Of a stretch of 64,000 bases of DNA, positions 51,970-64,000 are shown one piece after another. The position numbers and the translations under genes are program-made. The stretch spans positions 312,418,001-312,482,000 of the forward strand of contig OZ024742.1 of NCBI GenBank assembly GCA_964016885.1, read 5' to 3'. The notes below the pieces were generated by a model, which did no database searches, was not told the DNA's origin, and saw only the letters and a list, made by a program, of their open reading frames with translations. Each line of letters starts with the position of its first letter. The stretch's first letter is position 1. This DNA comes from Eledone cirrhosa. Taxonomy: Eukaryota.

Positions 51970-52308
51970 GGAGGCACATGGATTAGTGGTTAGAGCATTG
52001 GGCTTGCAATCGAAAGTTTGAGAGTTCAATTCTCAGACCGGGTGATGTGTTGTTTCCTTGAGCAAGACACTTTATTTCACATTGCTCCAGTTTACTCAGC
52101 TGTAGAAATGAGATGATAGGGACTGGGGTCCATATCATTCCACTGCAAAGTGGTCGTGGAGGTGCCACGGCAAAATAGCACCCAGCACTCACTGTAAATG
52201 AGGTTGGTGTTAGGAAGGGCATCCAGCTGTAGAAATCAAGCTAGCATCAGTTCCTGTCCCACCCTTGCAAGCAGGGAAAAGTGGACATAAAATGATGATG
52301 ATGATGAT
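51970..52308 (+). mobile_element. SINE S1, inserted in the minisatellite edge
   Basis: Nearly identical to 9038-9372; array units on both sides. Confidence 0.9.
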
Positions 52309-52431
52309 ACACCCTCCCTACAGTGTAATAACAGTAATATACACCCTCCCTATAGTGTAATAATAACAGTAATATACACCCTCCCTATAGTGTAATAATA
52401 ACAGTAATATACACCCTCTCTATAGTGTAAT

Positions 52432-52614
52432 AATTGTTTCTACTTTAGGCACTAGGCCAGCAATTACCCAGTACATTACTGGTACTTTATTTTATCGACC
52501 CCGTAAGGTTGAAAGGCAAAGTTAAGCTCGGCGGGATTTGAACTCAGACTGTAAAGGGACGTAACTATGCTAGAAAGCATGGCGTCCAACCCTCTACCGA
52601 TACTGCCAATTCAC
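52432..52614 (-). mobile_element. SINE S2 inserted within a minisatellite unit
   Basis: Splits TATAGTGTAATAA|CAGCAATATACAC. Confidence 0.88.
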
Positions 52615-55600
52615 AGCAATATACACCCTCCCTATAGTGTAATAATAACAGCAATATACACCCTCCATATAGTGTAATAACAGCAATATACACCCTCCAT
52701 ATAGTGTAATAACAGCAATATACACCCTCTCTATAGTGTAATAACAGTAATATACACCCTCCCTATAGTGTAAATAACAGCAATATACACCCTCTCTATA
52801 GTGTAATAACAGTAATATACACCCTCCCTATAGTGTAAATAACAGCAATATACACCCTCCTATAGTGTAATAACAGCAATATACACCCTCTCTATAGTGT
52901 AATAATAACAGCAATATACACCCTCTCTATAGTGTAATAACAGTAATATACACCCTCTCTATAGTGTAATAACAGTAATATACACCCTCCCTATAGTGTA
53001 ATAACAGTAATATACACCCTCCCTATAGTGTAATAATAACAGCAATATACACCCTCCATATAGTGTAATAACAGTAATATACACCCTCCCTATAGTGTAA
53101 TAATAACAGCAATATACACCCTCCATATAGTGTAATAATAACAGCAATATACACCCTCTCTATAGTGTAATAACAGCAATATACACCCTCCCTATAGTGT
53201 AATAATAACAGCAATATACACGCTCTCTATAGTGTAATAACAGTAATATACACCCTCTCTATAGTGTAATAATAACAGCAATATACACCCTCTATAGTGT
53301 AATAACAGCAATATACACCCTCTCTATAGTGTAAATAACAGCAATATACACCCTCCCTATAGTGTAATAATAACAGTAATATACACCCTCCTATAGTGTA
53401 AATAACAGCAATATACACCCTCCCTATAGTGTAATAATAACAGTAATATACACCCTCTCTATAGTGTAATAACAGTAATATACACCCTCTCTATAGTGTA
53501 ATAATAACAGCAATATACACCCTCCTATAGTGTAATAACAGTAATATACACCCTCTATAGTGTAATAATAACAGCAATATACACCCTCCCTATAGTGTAA
53601 TAACAGTAATATACACCCTCTATAGTGTAATAATAACAGCAATATACACCCTCCCTATAGTGTAATAACAGTAATATACACCCTCTATAGTGTAATAATA
53701 ACAGCAATATACACTCTCTATAGTGTAATAATAACAGCAATATACACCCTCTATAGTGTAATAATAACAGCAATATACACCCTCCCTATAGTGTAATAAT
53801 AACACCAATATACACCCTCCCTATAGTGTAATAATAACAGCAATATACACCCTCTATAGTGTAATAACAGCAATATACACCCTCTATAGTGTAATAATAA
53901 CAGTAATATACACCCTCTCTATAGTGTAATAACAGTAATATACACCCTCTATAGTGTAATAACAGCAATATACACCCTCCCTATAGTGTAATAATAACAG
54001 CAATATACACCCTCCTATAGTGTAATAACAGTAATATACACCCTCCCTATAGTGTAATAATAACAGCAATATACACCCTCTATAGTGTAATAATAACAGC
54101 AATATACACCCTCCCTATAGTGTAATAATAACAGTAATATACACCCTCCCTATAGTGTAATAATAACAGCAATATACACCCTCTATAGTGTAATAATAAC
54201 AGCAATATACACCCTCCATATAGTGTAATAATAACAGCAATATACACCCTCCTATAGTGTAATAATAACAGCAATATACACCCTCTATAGTGTAATAATA
54301 ACAGCAATATACACCCTCCCTATAGTGTAAGAATAACAGCAATATACACCCTCCCTATAGTGTAATAATAACAGCAACATACACCCTCCATATAGTGTAA
54401 TAATAACAGCAATATACACCCTCCTATAGTGTAATAACAGTAATATACACCCTCTATAGTGTAATAACAGCAATATACACCCTCTATAGTGTAATAATAA
54501 CAGTAATATACACCCTCCCTATAGTGTAATAATAACAGCAATATACACCCTCCCTATAGTGTAATTAATAACAGCAATATACACCCTCCTATAGTGTAAC
54601 AACAGTAATATACACCCTCTATAGTGTAATAATAACAGTAATATACACCCTCCCTATAGTGTAATAACAGCAATATACACCCTCCCTATAGTGTAATAAT
54701 AACAGCAATATACACCCTCCATATAGTGTAATAATAACAGCAATATACACCCTCCTATAGTGTAATAACAGTAATATACACCCTCTATAGTGTAATAATA
54801 ACAGTAATATACACCCTCCCTATAGTGTAATAACAGTAATATACACCCTCCCTATAGTGTAATAATAACCGCAATATACACCCTCCATATAGTGTAATAA
54901 TAACAGCAATATACACCCTCCATATAGTGTAATAATAACAGTAATATACACCCTCCTTATAGTGTAATAACAGCAATATACACCCTCTCTATAGTGTAAT
55001 AACAGCAATATACACCCTCTCTATAGTGGAATAACAGCAATATACACCCTCTCTATAGTGTAATAACAGTAATATACACCCTCCCTATAGTGTAATAATA
55101 ACAGCAATATACACCCTCCTATAGTGTAATAATAACAGCAATATACACCCTCCCTATAGTGTAATAATAACAGCAATATACACCCTCCTATAGTGTAATA
55201 ACAGTAATATACACCCTCCTATAGTGTAATAACAGTAATATACACCCTCCCTATAGTGTAATAACAGCAATATACACCCTCCTATAGTGTAATAACAGTA
55301 ACATACACCCTCCCTATAGTGTAATAACAGCAATATACACCCTCCTATAGTGTAATAACAGTAATATACACCCTCCCTATAGTGTAATAACAGTAATATA
55401 CACCCTCCTATAGTGTAATAACAGTAATATACACCCTCCCTATAGTGTAATAACAGCAATATACACCCTCCTATAGTGTAATAACAGTAATATACACCCT
55501 CCCTATAGTGTAATAACAGTAATATACACCCTCCCTATAGTGTAAATAACAGCAATATATACCCTCCCTATAGTGTAATAACAGTAATATATACCCTCCC

Positions 55601-58600
55601 TATAGTGTAATAACAGCAATATACACCCTCCTATAGTGTAATAACAGCAATATACACCCTCCCTATAGTGTAATAACAGCAATATACACCCTCCTATAGT
55701 GTAATAACAGCAATATACACCCTCCCTATAGTGTAATAACAGTAATATACACCCTCCTATAGTGTAAATAACAGCAATATACACCCTCCCTATAGTGGAA
55801 TAATAACAGCAATATACACCCTCCTATAGTGTAATAACAGTAATATACACCCTCTCTTTCTAGTGTAATAATAACAGCAATATACACCCTCCCTATAGTG
55901 TAATAATAACAGCAATATACACCCTCCCTATAGTGTAATAATAACAGCAATATACACCCTCTATAGTGTAATAATAACAGCAATATACACCCTCCCTATA
56001 GTGTAATAATAACAGCAATATACACCCTCCCTATAGTGTAATAATAACAGCAACATACACCCTCCATATAGTGTAATAATAACAGCAATATACACCCTCC
56101 TATAGTGTAATAACAGTAATATACACCCTCTATAGTGTAATAACAGCAATATACACCCTCTATAGTGTAATAATAACAGTAATATACACCCTCCCTATAG
56201 TGTAATAATAACAGCAATATACACCCTCCATATAGTGTAATTAATAACAGCAATATACACCCTCCTATAGTGTAACAACAGTAATATACACCCTCTATAG
56301 TGTAATAATAACAGTAATATACACCCTCCCTATAGTGTAATAACAGCAATATACACCCTCCCTATAGTGTAATAATAACAGCAATATACACCCTCCATAT
56401 AGTGTAATAATAACAGCAATATACACCCTCCTATAGTGTAATAACAGTAATATACACCCTCTATAGTGTAATAATAACAGTAATATACACCCTCCCTATA
56501 GTGTAATAACAGTAATATACACCCTCCCTATAGTGTAATAATAACAACAATATACACCCTCCCTATAGTGTAATAATAACAGCAATATACACCCTCCATA
56601 TAGTGTAATAATAACAGCAATATACACCCTCCATATAGTGTAATAATAACAGCAATATACACCCTCCATATAGTGTAATAATAACAGTAATATACACCCT
56701 CCTTATAGTGTAATAACAGCAATATACACCCTCTCTATAGTGTAATAACAGCAATATACACCCTCTCTATAGTGTAATAACAGCAATATACACCCTCTCT
56801 ATAGTGTAATAACAGTAATATACACCCTCCCTATAGTGTAATAATAACAGCAATATACACCCTCCTATAGTGTAATAATAACAGCAATATACACCCTCCC
56901 TATAGTGTAATAATAACAGCAATATACACCCTCCTATAGTGTAATAACAGTAATATACACCCTCCTATAGTGTAATAACAGTAATATACACCCTCCCTAT
57001 AGTGTAATAACAGCAATATACACCCTCCTATAGTGTAATAACAGTAATATACACCCTCCCTATAGTGTAATAACAGTAATATACACCCTCCCTATAGTGT
57101 AATAACAGTAATATACACCCTCCTATAGTGTAATAACAGTAATATACACCCTCCCTATAGTGTAATAACAGCAATATACACCCTCCTATAGTGTAATAAC
57201 AGTAATATACACCCTCCCTATAGTGTAATAACAGTAATATACACCCTCCCTATAGTGTAAATAACAGCAATATACACCCTCCCTATAGTGTAATAACAGT
57301 AATATACACCCTCCCTATAGTGTAATAACAGCAATATACACCCTCCTATAGTGTAATAACAGCAATATACACCCTCCCTATAGTGTAATAACAGCAATAT
57401 ACACCCTCCTATAGTGTAATAACAGCAATATACACCCTCCCTATAGTGTAATAACAGTAATATACACCCTCCTATAGTGTAAATAACAGCAATATACACC
57501 CTCCCTATAGTGGAATAATAACAGCAATATACACCCTCCTATAGTGTAATAACAGTAATATACACCCTCTCTTTCTAGTGTAATAATAACATCAATATAC
57601 ACCCTCCCTATAGTGTAATAATAACAGCAATATACACCCTCCTATAGTGTAATAACAGTAATATACACCCTCTCTTTCTAGTGTAATAATAACACCAATA
57701 TATACCCTCCCTATAGTGGAATAATAACAGCAATATATACCCCTCTGTGACGCTAACTAATAATACACACTCTCTTTAACACACCTATATAGTGCAAATA
57801 ACTGTACCAGGGGCTCTTTCTATAGTCAACAATAACTACAATAGAGACCTTCTCTATAATATATGGCCGCTCTATAATACATATCCTCTCTTATAGTACA
57901 ATAGTAAAGTATTAGAAAAATGACTAACAAAAGTGAACCAAGAGATAATAAATATTATACTAGAATCCCATTAGTCAGTGTGTCACGATTTGAGAGTTTT
58001 TAATCAAAGTCTGAGTGAAAATTAATGAGAATCATGAAAACATGAATAGTAAAAGTTAATTAGAAGTTAATTAGATCCCACAGAACAAAGATAAGGCTTT
58101 AGCTGGATCACATCAAACTTTAGTCTCTCTCTCCTTTTTTATTTTTTTAAGAAATCTGACAAAAAAAAAAAAATGTTTAAACTGTTTTTAACACTTTCAG
58201 TACTATATTTCTAATAAAGAATTCTGCCTATGATTTTCAAATAATTTTGAAAATAATAAAAAATTAGTAATATTATTGCAGTGGTGTTTGGAACATAACT
58301 TAAAGGATTTACCTAAAATTATGATAGGTTTTTAGAATAAATAGTTTAGTATCATAAAAAAGGTGATTTGGCATCCATCTCAACATTTTTTTCCCCAATT
58401 CATCATCATCATCAATGCGTAATGTCTACTTTTTCTATGCTAGCATGGGTTAGACGAGTTCTCCTGTTGTGAGCAATGCTAGGTCAGGTGACTATATCTT
58501 GCTCATACAGAACAGATTTTGGCTTTAGTTTCTACAGCTGGATGCCCTTCCTAATGCCAACCACATTTACAGTGAGTACTGGGTGCTTTTTATTGAGACA

Positions 58601-60048
58601 CATACACAACCAGTTTACAGTGTGGGTTGGATGCTTTTTGTCGTGACACCTAAACGACCAATTTACGGTGTGGGCTGGGCATTTTTTGTCATGTCGCCAT
58701 CATGACCACTTTACACCTGGTGATTTTGGTGGGAGGTGTGTGGGGATTGGAGAAGTGGGTATATGGGTGTGTTACAGGGATCAATGAAGCCAATCATCAT
58801 CATCCTATTAACTACAACTTGCACATGCTAACTTATCTAAAACAACATAGATGTAACTCTTTTGAAATGCAACTCTACCTAGTTATCTTTTATACAAAAC
58901 TGTTCATTTTGAAATGTTTATATTTATCTAAAAACCATCCTATCACCAACTTAACTATTTTGTTACCCTATTTTTGATTTTAAAAAACTACCAAATAATT
59001 TTAAAAACAAGAACGGGGAAAATTTTAAACTTTTGAACTAAGGGTCTAACATTATCTGTTCAACTTTTCTCAATGTTGATGTTTGAAACAAAGGTCCATA
59101 CATAGAATTATAGTGGAAGGTTTCTTGATAAATTATAAGCATTTTAAAACAAAGTTTTATATCATAGAAACAGGGGGCAGATTCAGACAATTTAGTATCA
59201 AAAGGGTTAATAACGAGAGAGTTAGTTATTTTGCTAAATCCTAACAAATTATTGATTATTTTCAAAATTAATTGAAGATCATAAAAAATATGGTAACAAA
59301 AGGGATTTAATGCCCTGTCCACAATAAAAAGGGCAGACTTGAACCAAGAGTCCAACACTTTATCTGTTCAACTATGGTAAACATTTAAAGTAACTCAAAT
59401 GTTCCCTTTTTTTTTTAGCCTAGGTCAGCATAAAATGATCAAAGACAGTCCAACTGAGACCATCCAATCCAATACAACCAGATTATTTTTTCTTACGATA
59501 GTGGGATGTAATGAGAGAAATTTGGCTGCTATTTCTAGCAAGATTAGCAAGCATATAAAGATTTCTTCATTGGATTGTGTGTGTGTGTGTAAATATATAT
59601 ATATATATACATAAATTGTTGTGTTCAATAGTGAATACATATGGTCTGTTTCTCTGCATATATGTAAGATTTCCACACTTCTGTACATTTATGTCTGAAC
59701 ATGTACGTTTGCGCTTGTTCTGTGTGTGGGGAGTATGTGAATGTTTTATAAGCAATTATATGCGTATATACATACATGCATGAGTGCAGCAGTTTTTAAT
59801 ACATGTGAGCATGTATTAATAAATAATTATGCATATGAATCTGTTTCCGAACGTGCTTATGTGTATAATTTATATGTATATATATATGACCCATGCAAGC
59901 GTGGAAAAGCAGGCATAAAAACGATGGTGTGTGTGTATATATATAATATATAATATATATATATATATATAAGGAACGAAGTGTGGTAAGGAACCAGATG
60001 GACCATAACGACCCAGAGTACTCAATACTTAGGGTAGTAAAGTGGGTA

Positions 60049-60155
60049 ATAGGAAAATGTTCAAGATCCCGACGGCAGAGCTCAAGCCGGCTATTTCTGG
60101 GCTGAAATAGCCGTCGAAATGGCTTGAGCTCTGCCGCCGGGTTCTTGAACATTTT

Positions 60156-60160
<5 letters not shown>
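60049..60160. repeat. GC-rich 112-bp hairpin element
   Basis: 40-bp arms with 2 mismatches plus inner stem GGCTATTTC/GAAATAGCC; adjoins (TA)n. Confidence 0.88.
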
Positions 60161-60222
<62 letters not shown>

Positions 60223-60567
60223 TAAGGCTTGCTTAAAATACAAGCAGAAACCGTTGGATGCCGCGGTCGGGACATATATATAATTCTAAATCTCTCTTTC
60301 TCTTAACATTTTCTTAAGGGCTGTGTAGTGTACAAACAAGTGTCTACCTTTATATATAAATATTTGATATTTCTCCCGTGGGAGTTAAAAATAAATTCCT
60401 CTAGCACGTAGATTTTCAGGTGCTTACTTCTTCCTCATTTCCTTGTTTGTAGGTTCCGCTTATAATTTCCATTGGCCGAGTTAAGAGGGAGGGTGTGTAT
60501 GGCATATAAATTTGTGACCGTTAAATATTTAGTCCACATTCCATATGCTTGTATTATTATGACTGCA

Positions 60568-60728
60568 AAACCATGCTTTGCAGCAAAGAGTTACGGTCCT
60601 TTACGGTCTGAGTTCAAATCCCGCCGAGGTTAACTTTGCCATTCATCCTTACAGGTTCGATAAAATAAAGTACCAGTAATACACTGAGATAATTGCTGGC
60701 CTTGTGCCAAAGATAGAAACAATTATTA
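60568..60728 (+). mobile_element. SINE S2 (5'-truncated)
   Basis: B box and central domain through to GATAGAAACAATTATTA. Confidence 0.85.
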
Positions 60729-61654
60729 TGACTACAAAGATTCTTCTTGTTCAATGTGAGCAATAATTATTTCAATACCTCTTGTTGTCCCAGCCGCGCG
60801 TGTGGTTATATGCAAGCACATGTGTATACATTTATATATATATATGAAGGACTTATGTGAGAAACGTTGAAACCTCCTTCATTTCCACCAAGCATGAACC
60901 TAATACAACTGCGTACAATTTGCCTCCTGTGTTTTGTTTGCTCATTTCAACTCTCTCTCTCCCCGTGCGTGTGTATACACATACTACATATTAAATTTTG
61001 TTTATATAAGTGAGATTAACTTAATTTTGTTTGTCTGGCTTATACTCCCATAGAGATTTTTTTCGCTTATTTAATATTGCTTCTCTGAGTGATATCTTAT
61101 TTACATATTTTATCCATTCAATAGAGACGTTGAAGTATTAAAGACTAATTTATATGAACTACTCCTTAATGTATTGAGATGTTTCAAACGGTGTTTTGGC
61201 TGCTATTTCTAGCGTCATTATAAGCCTGTCGCATAGTCCTATTACATTAAGAGAGATATGATCAATACTAATAGTTCAACAACACAACCTTCTTTGCACA
61301 ACATGCAGTCTCGAGAATGAAGCGGTATGTATAATTTCATGATCGGTATAGCCTCTCAGTTTGAAGATGAACTCCCCTGAAGAGTAAGAGTATCACGGAT
61401 TCTTCCACTATTGGTTATTCCAATAATTTGTAATAACCTGTTGTTCCTTCCCTATTTGGAAGATGTTTATATAAATGAGACGAAATTTTGTGTCTGGCTT
61501 ATACTCCTATAAATAGAAGTCCCCCTCCCACACACACACTTAGATATCGTATCTATATATTTTATCCATCCATTGAGATGAGACTAATAACGCATGCATG
61601 TATGTATGTATGTATGTGTGTATGTGTGTGCGTGCGCGTGCGTGTGTGTGTGTG

Positions 61655-61973
61655 TGAACGACCCAGCATGGATGTGTTGAGAGAGAAACTGTCTGAGAGG
61701 GATAGAATGTAGTGTGCGAGAGAGGAGACTGCGGTGGTATGGACATGTGATGCGCATGGAGGATGACCGATGGGTGGAAGAAGTGCCAGGAAATGGCATT
61801 TGAAGGAACACCTGGTAGAGGTAGACCACGAAAAACATGGGCGGAGGTGCTGAGAACAGAAGCTCACGGTGGAGATGACGAAGGACCGTGACAAGTGGAG
61901 AATGCTGTACTGAATAAGACCCGTCCCACCCTTGCAAGCAGGGAAAAGCGGACGTAAAATGATGATGATGATG
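61655..61973 (+). mobile_element. 3' end of a second RTE LINE family with a very short 3' UTR
   Basis: Frameshifted translation VRERRLRWYGHVMRMEDDRW..CQEMAFEGTPGRGRPRKTWAEVL..KLTVEMTKDRDKWR..VLNKTRPTLASREKRT*, followed by (GAT)n. Confidence 0.88.
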
Positions 61974-61993
61974 GTATATATATATATATATAT

Positions 61994-62950
61994 ACTAGAC
62001 ATGAAAAATGCGCAAGCTCAAAAGTGCCACAGAATGTTATAATAAACCTTCAAAAGTGTGGGACTAGAGTTGTTGCTAAAAAATATTGTAATCATTATAT
62101 ATCGTACATTCTGTGGCATCCTTTATAAAAATAGCTTAAACCAACGAAGCCTTTATTTTTACGCTATTTCACTTAGTTAATTCTTAGAGTGTAACATATA
62201 AAAATATGATTTACAACTATAAAATAAATTAATTAATATAATAACAGAGCTGCGGAGCTGAAATTTAGGAAATAATGGAGTATCGGATCCTGAGTTGGAG
62301 TCAGTCAATTTTTGACCGACTCCGCAGCCCTGTATAATACATTTCATATTAAAGTTATTAATAAACCTATTTTACACTTCATGCAAATTACCACGAGATA
62401 TTGATATTAGATATAAGATACAGCGCAATATCTACAGCTGTAAAAGTACGAAAGCGAAGTAATAATAAGTGGCTTAAGGTAATTCCAGTATGAAAGTTTG
62501 TAGTGATAAAAATTTGATAATGCAATACGATTGTTAATATTATAGTTCTATGAAAATGTAACAATAGATAACTAAATTATTTTACTATTAGTATATTTAA
62601 GAAATTATCATTATAGACTTGATCGTTCATATAAGCATCATATTAAGTTTCAACACAATTATTTTGTTACTATGAGTATATGATAATAATATTACGTAAT
62701 TATTTATAGCTGTTATTACATTAAACATAGATGTATTTATTTTTATATGTTACACTCTAAGAATTAACTAAGTGAAATAGCGTAAAAATAAAGGCTTCGT
62801 TGGTTTAAGCTATTTTTATAAAGGATGCCACAGAATGTACGATATATAATGATTACAATATTTTTTAGCAACAACTCTAGTCCCACACTTTTGAAGGTTT
62901 ATTATAACATTCTGTGGCACTTTTGAGCTTGCGCATTTTTCATGTCTAGT
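61994..62950. mobile_element. Non-autonomous foldback element with 213-bp perfect terminal inverted repeats
   Basis: 61994-62206 is the reverse complement of 62738-62950 (ACTAGACATGAAAAATGCGC... / ...GCGCATTTTTCATGTCTAGT); 531-bp AT-rich spacer. Superfamily not assignable. Confidence 0.85.
62245..62332. mobile_element. 88-bp hAT-type MITE inside the foldback element
   Basis: TIR CAGAGCTGCGGAG / CTCCGCAGCCCTG; 8-bp flanks TATAATAA / TATAATAC. Confidence 0.8.
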
Positions 62951-63507
62951 TTAATATTTTTTTAAGGCAACGCTTGTAATAACTCTAGTTAAACAGGATA
63001 TATATTAATAATAAATTATCGTTGTAATGTAATTAGATTATGTAATTGTTATTATAAATTATCTTATAAATATTAGTGTAAGATGTATAAAAATATTTTC
63101 AGACTTTTAATATAAACAACTACAAAAAACAATCAATATTAAATCAATATATTATACATAATAGAAAACATAAAATATACAATACAAAAACAAAATATTT
63201 ACATACATTTGCAATTATCAGTGTATATACATTTTCTTTATATTCCCTGAGCAAATTAATAAGATTTGTTTTTATTGTACATAATTTGATGACTTGTTGG
63301 AGTGTATTAAAAGATAGCAACAATTTGTGATTAAATTGTTATCTTAAGCAACTCACTTTTTAATAGTTGTTGGCTGAGCGAAATTGTAAAAGCCTATGAG
63401 CAAATATAAAAAAAAATACACAAACAACATTTCCTTGTGTTATTACAACATTAGATAAAATAATTGAGCAATGTCGTTATATTTTGCTCTTATTGCACAT
63501 TAATAGT

Positions 63508-63671
63508 GTTTCTATTTTTCGGCACAAATCCATTACGGCAGTCCATTACTGGTACTTTATTTTATCGAATTAGTAAGTATGAAAGTCGAAGTTAACCTCG
63601 GCAGGATTTGAACTTAGAATGCAAAGGACCATAACAATACTGCAAAGCATGGTGTCTGACGCTCTACCAAT
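63508..63671 (-). mobile_element. SINE S2 (diverged)
   Basis: Colinear with the other S2 copies. Confidence 0.8.
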
Positions 63672-64000
63672 ACTTGTGTTGAGCTGGTCATTAATTTATG
63701 GTGGTCGTGCGTGAAGTAGAGCAATCGCTAGTTGAAATATTATGAACAAAACATTTTTATTTGCCGAAGAACATATTTTCAATACTGTTTGTGAATGTGA
63801 CGAAGGAAATACATTCTGATATGGAACAGTGTACAAAGTGTGTCTGTGAATAACATAATGTTACCTCATGTTGTTGTCAAGACATAATGGATTTCGTTTA
63901 TCCAGTTAGAAGATGAAACCTAGCCATCTCGGATTAGTTATATTTCATGCCATGTGTAAACGTGTTTGAGGATAGCAAAATATGCGCGTTAATTATAATA

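Larger units (their letters stand above)
51913..57745. repeat. Minisatellite array, 31-35-bp unit TATAGTGTAATAA(TAA)CAG(C/T)AATATACACCCT(C)(C/T)C
   Basis: Roughly 150-160 head-to-tail units with no unique spacers; degenerate units at both edges (51913-51967, 57745-57900). Confidence 0.98.

Noticed and set aside
52615-57745. CRISPR array, or the many LLLLHYREGVY-type ORFs
   Set aside because: Units are contiguous with no unique spacers, there are no cas genes and the context is eukaryotic. Unit lengths of 31-35 bp shift frame constantly.
60221-60258. Possible third hammerhead (GCTTG..CAAGC-AGAAAC)
   Set aside because: The CTGANGA core and stem I are absent (cut by the TA tract); too little remains to call.

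Overview
AT-rich eukaryotic (animal) non-coding DNA, probably an intron or intergenic region of an octopus or other coleoid cephalopod. That assignment rests on my recollection of the SINE sequences and microsatellite load and is not verified. No host protein-coding gene can be firmly called. The window contains: (i) one near full-length RTE-clade LINE (APE endonuclease + RT + PHD-like finger, 34253-37918) with two clear inactivating lesions, an inverted 5'-truncated copy and several 3'-UTR-only copies; (ii) fragments of other LINE lineages (a second RTE family, a REX3/Expander-like end with a 14-bp TSD, a decayed R4/Dong-type element); (iii) at least four tRNA-derived SINE families that swap modules; (iv) two abundant TTAA-flanked piggyBac-like MITE families that repeatedly nest in each other, plus hAT and Tc1/pogo-like MITEs; (v) a 5.8-kb 31-35-bp minisatellite with a ~1.7-kb higher-order duplication; (vi) a 957-bp foldback element with perfect 213-bp arms; and (vii) a minimal type I hammerhead ribozyme motif of the Penelope-like type at 31265-31325. 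Almost all short ORFs in the track are microsatellite, minisatellite or antisense artefacts. Family names MITE-A/B and S1-S4 are my own labels.
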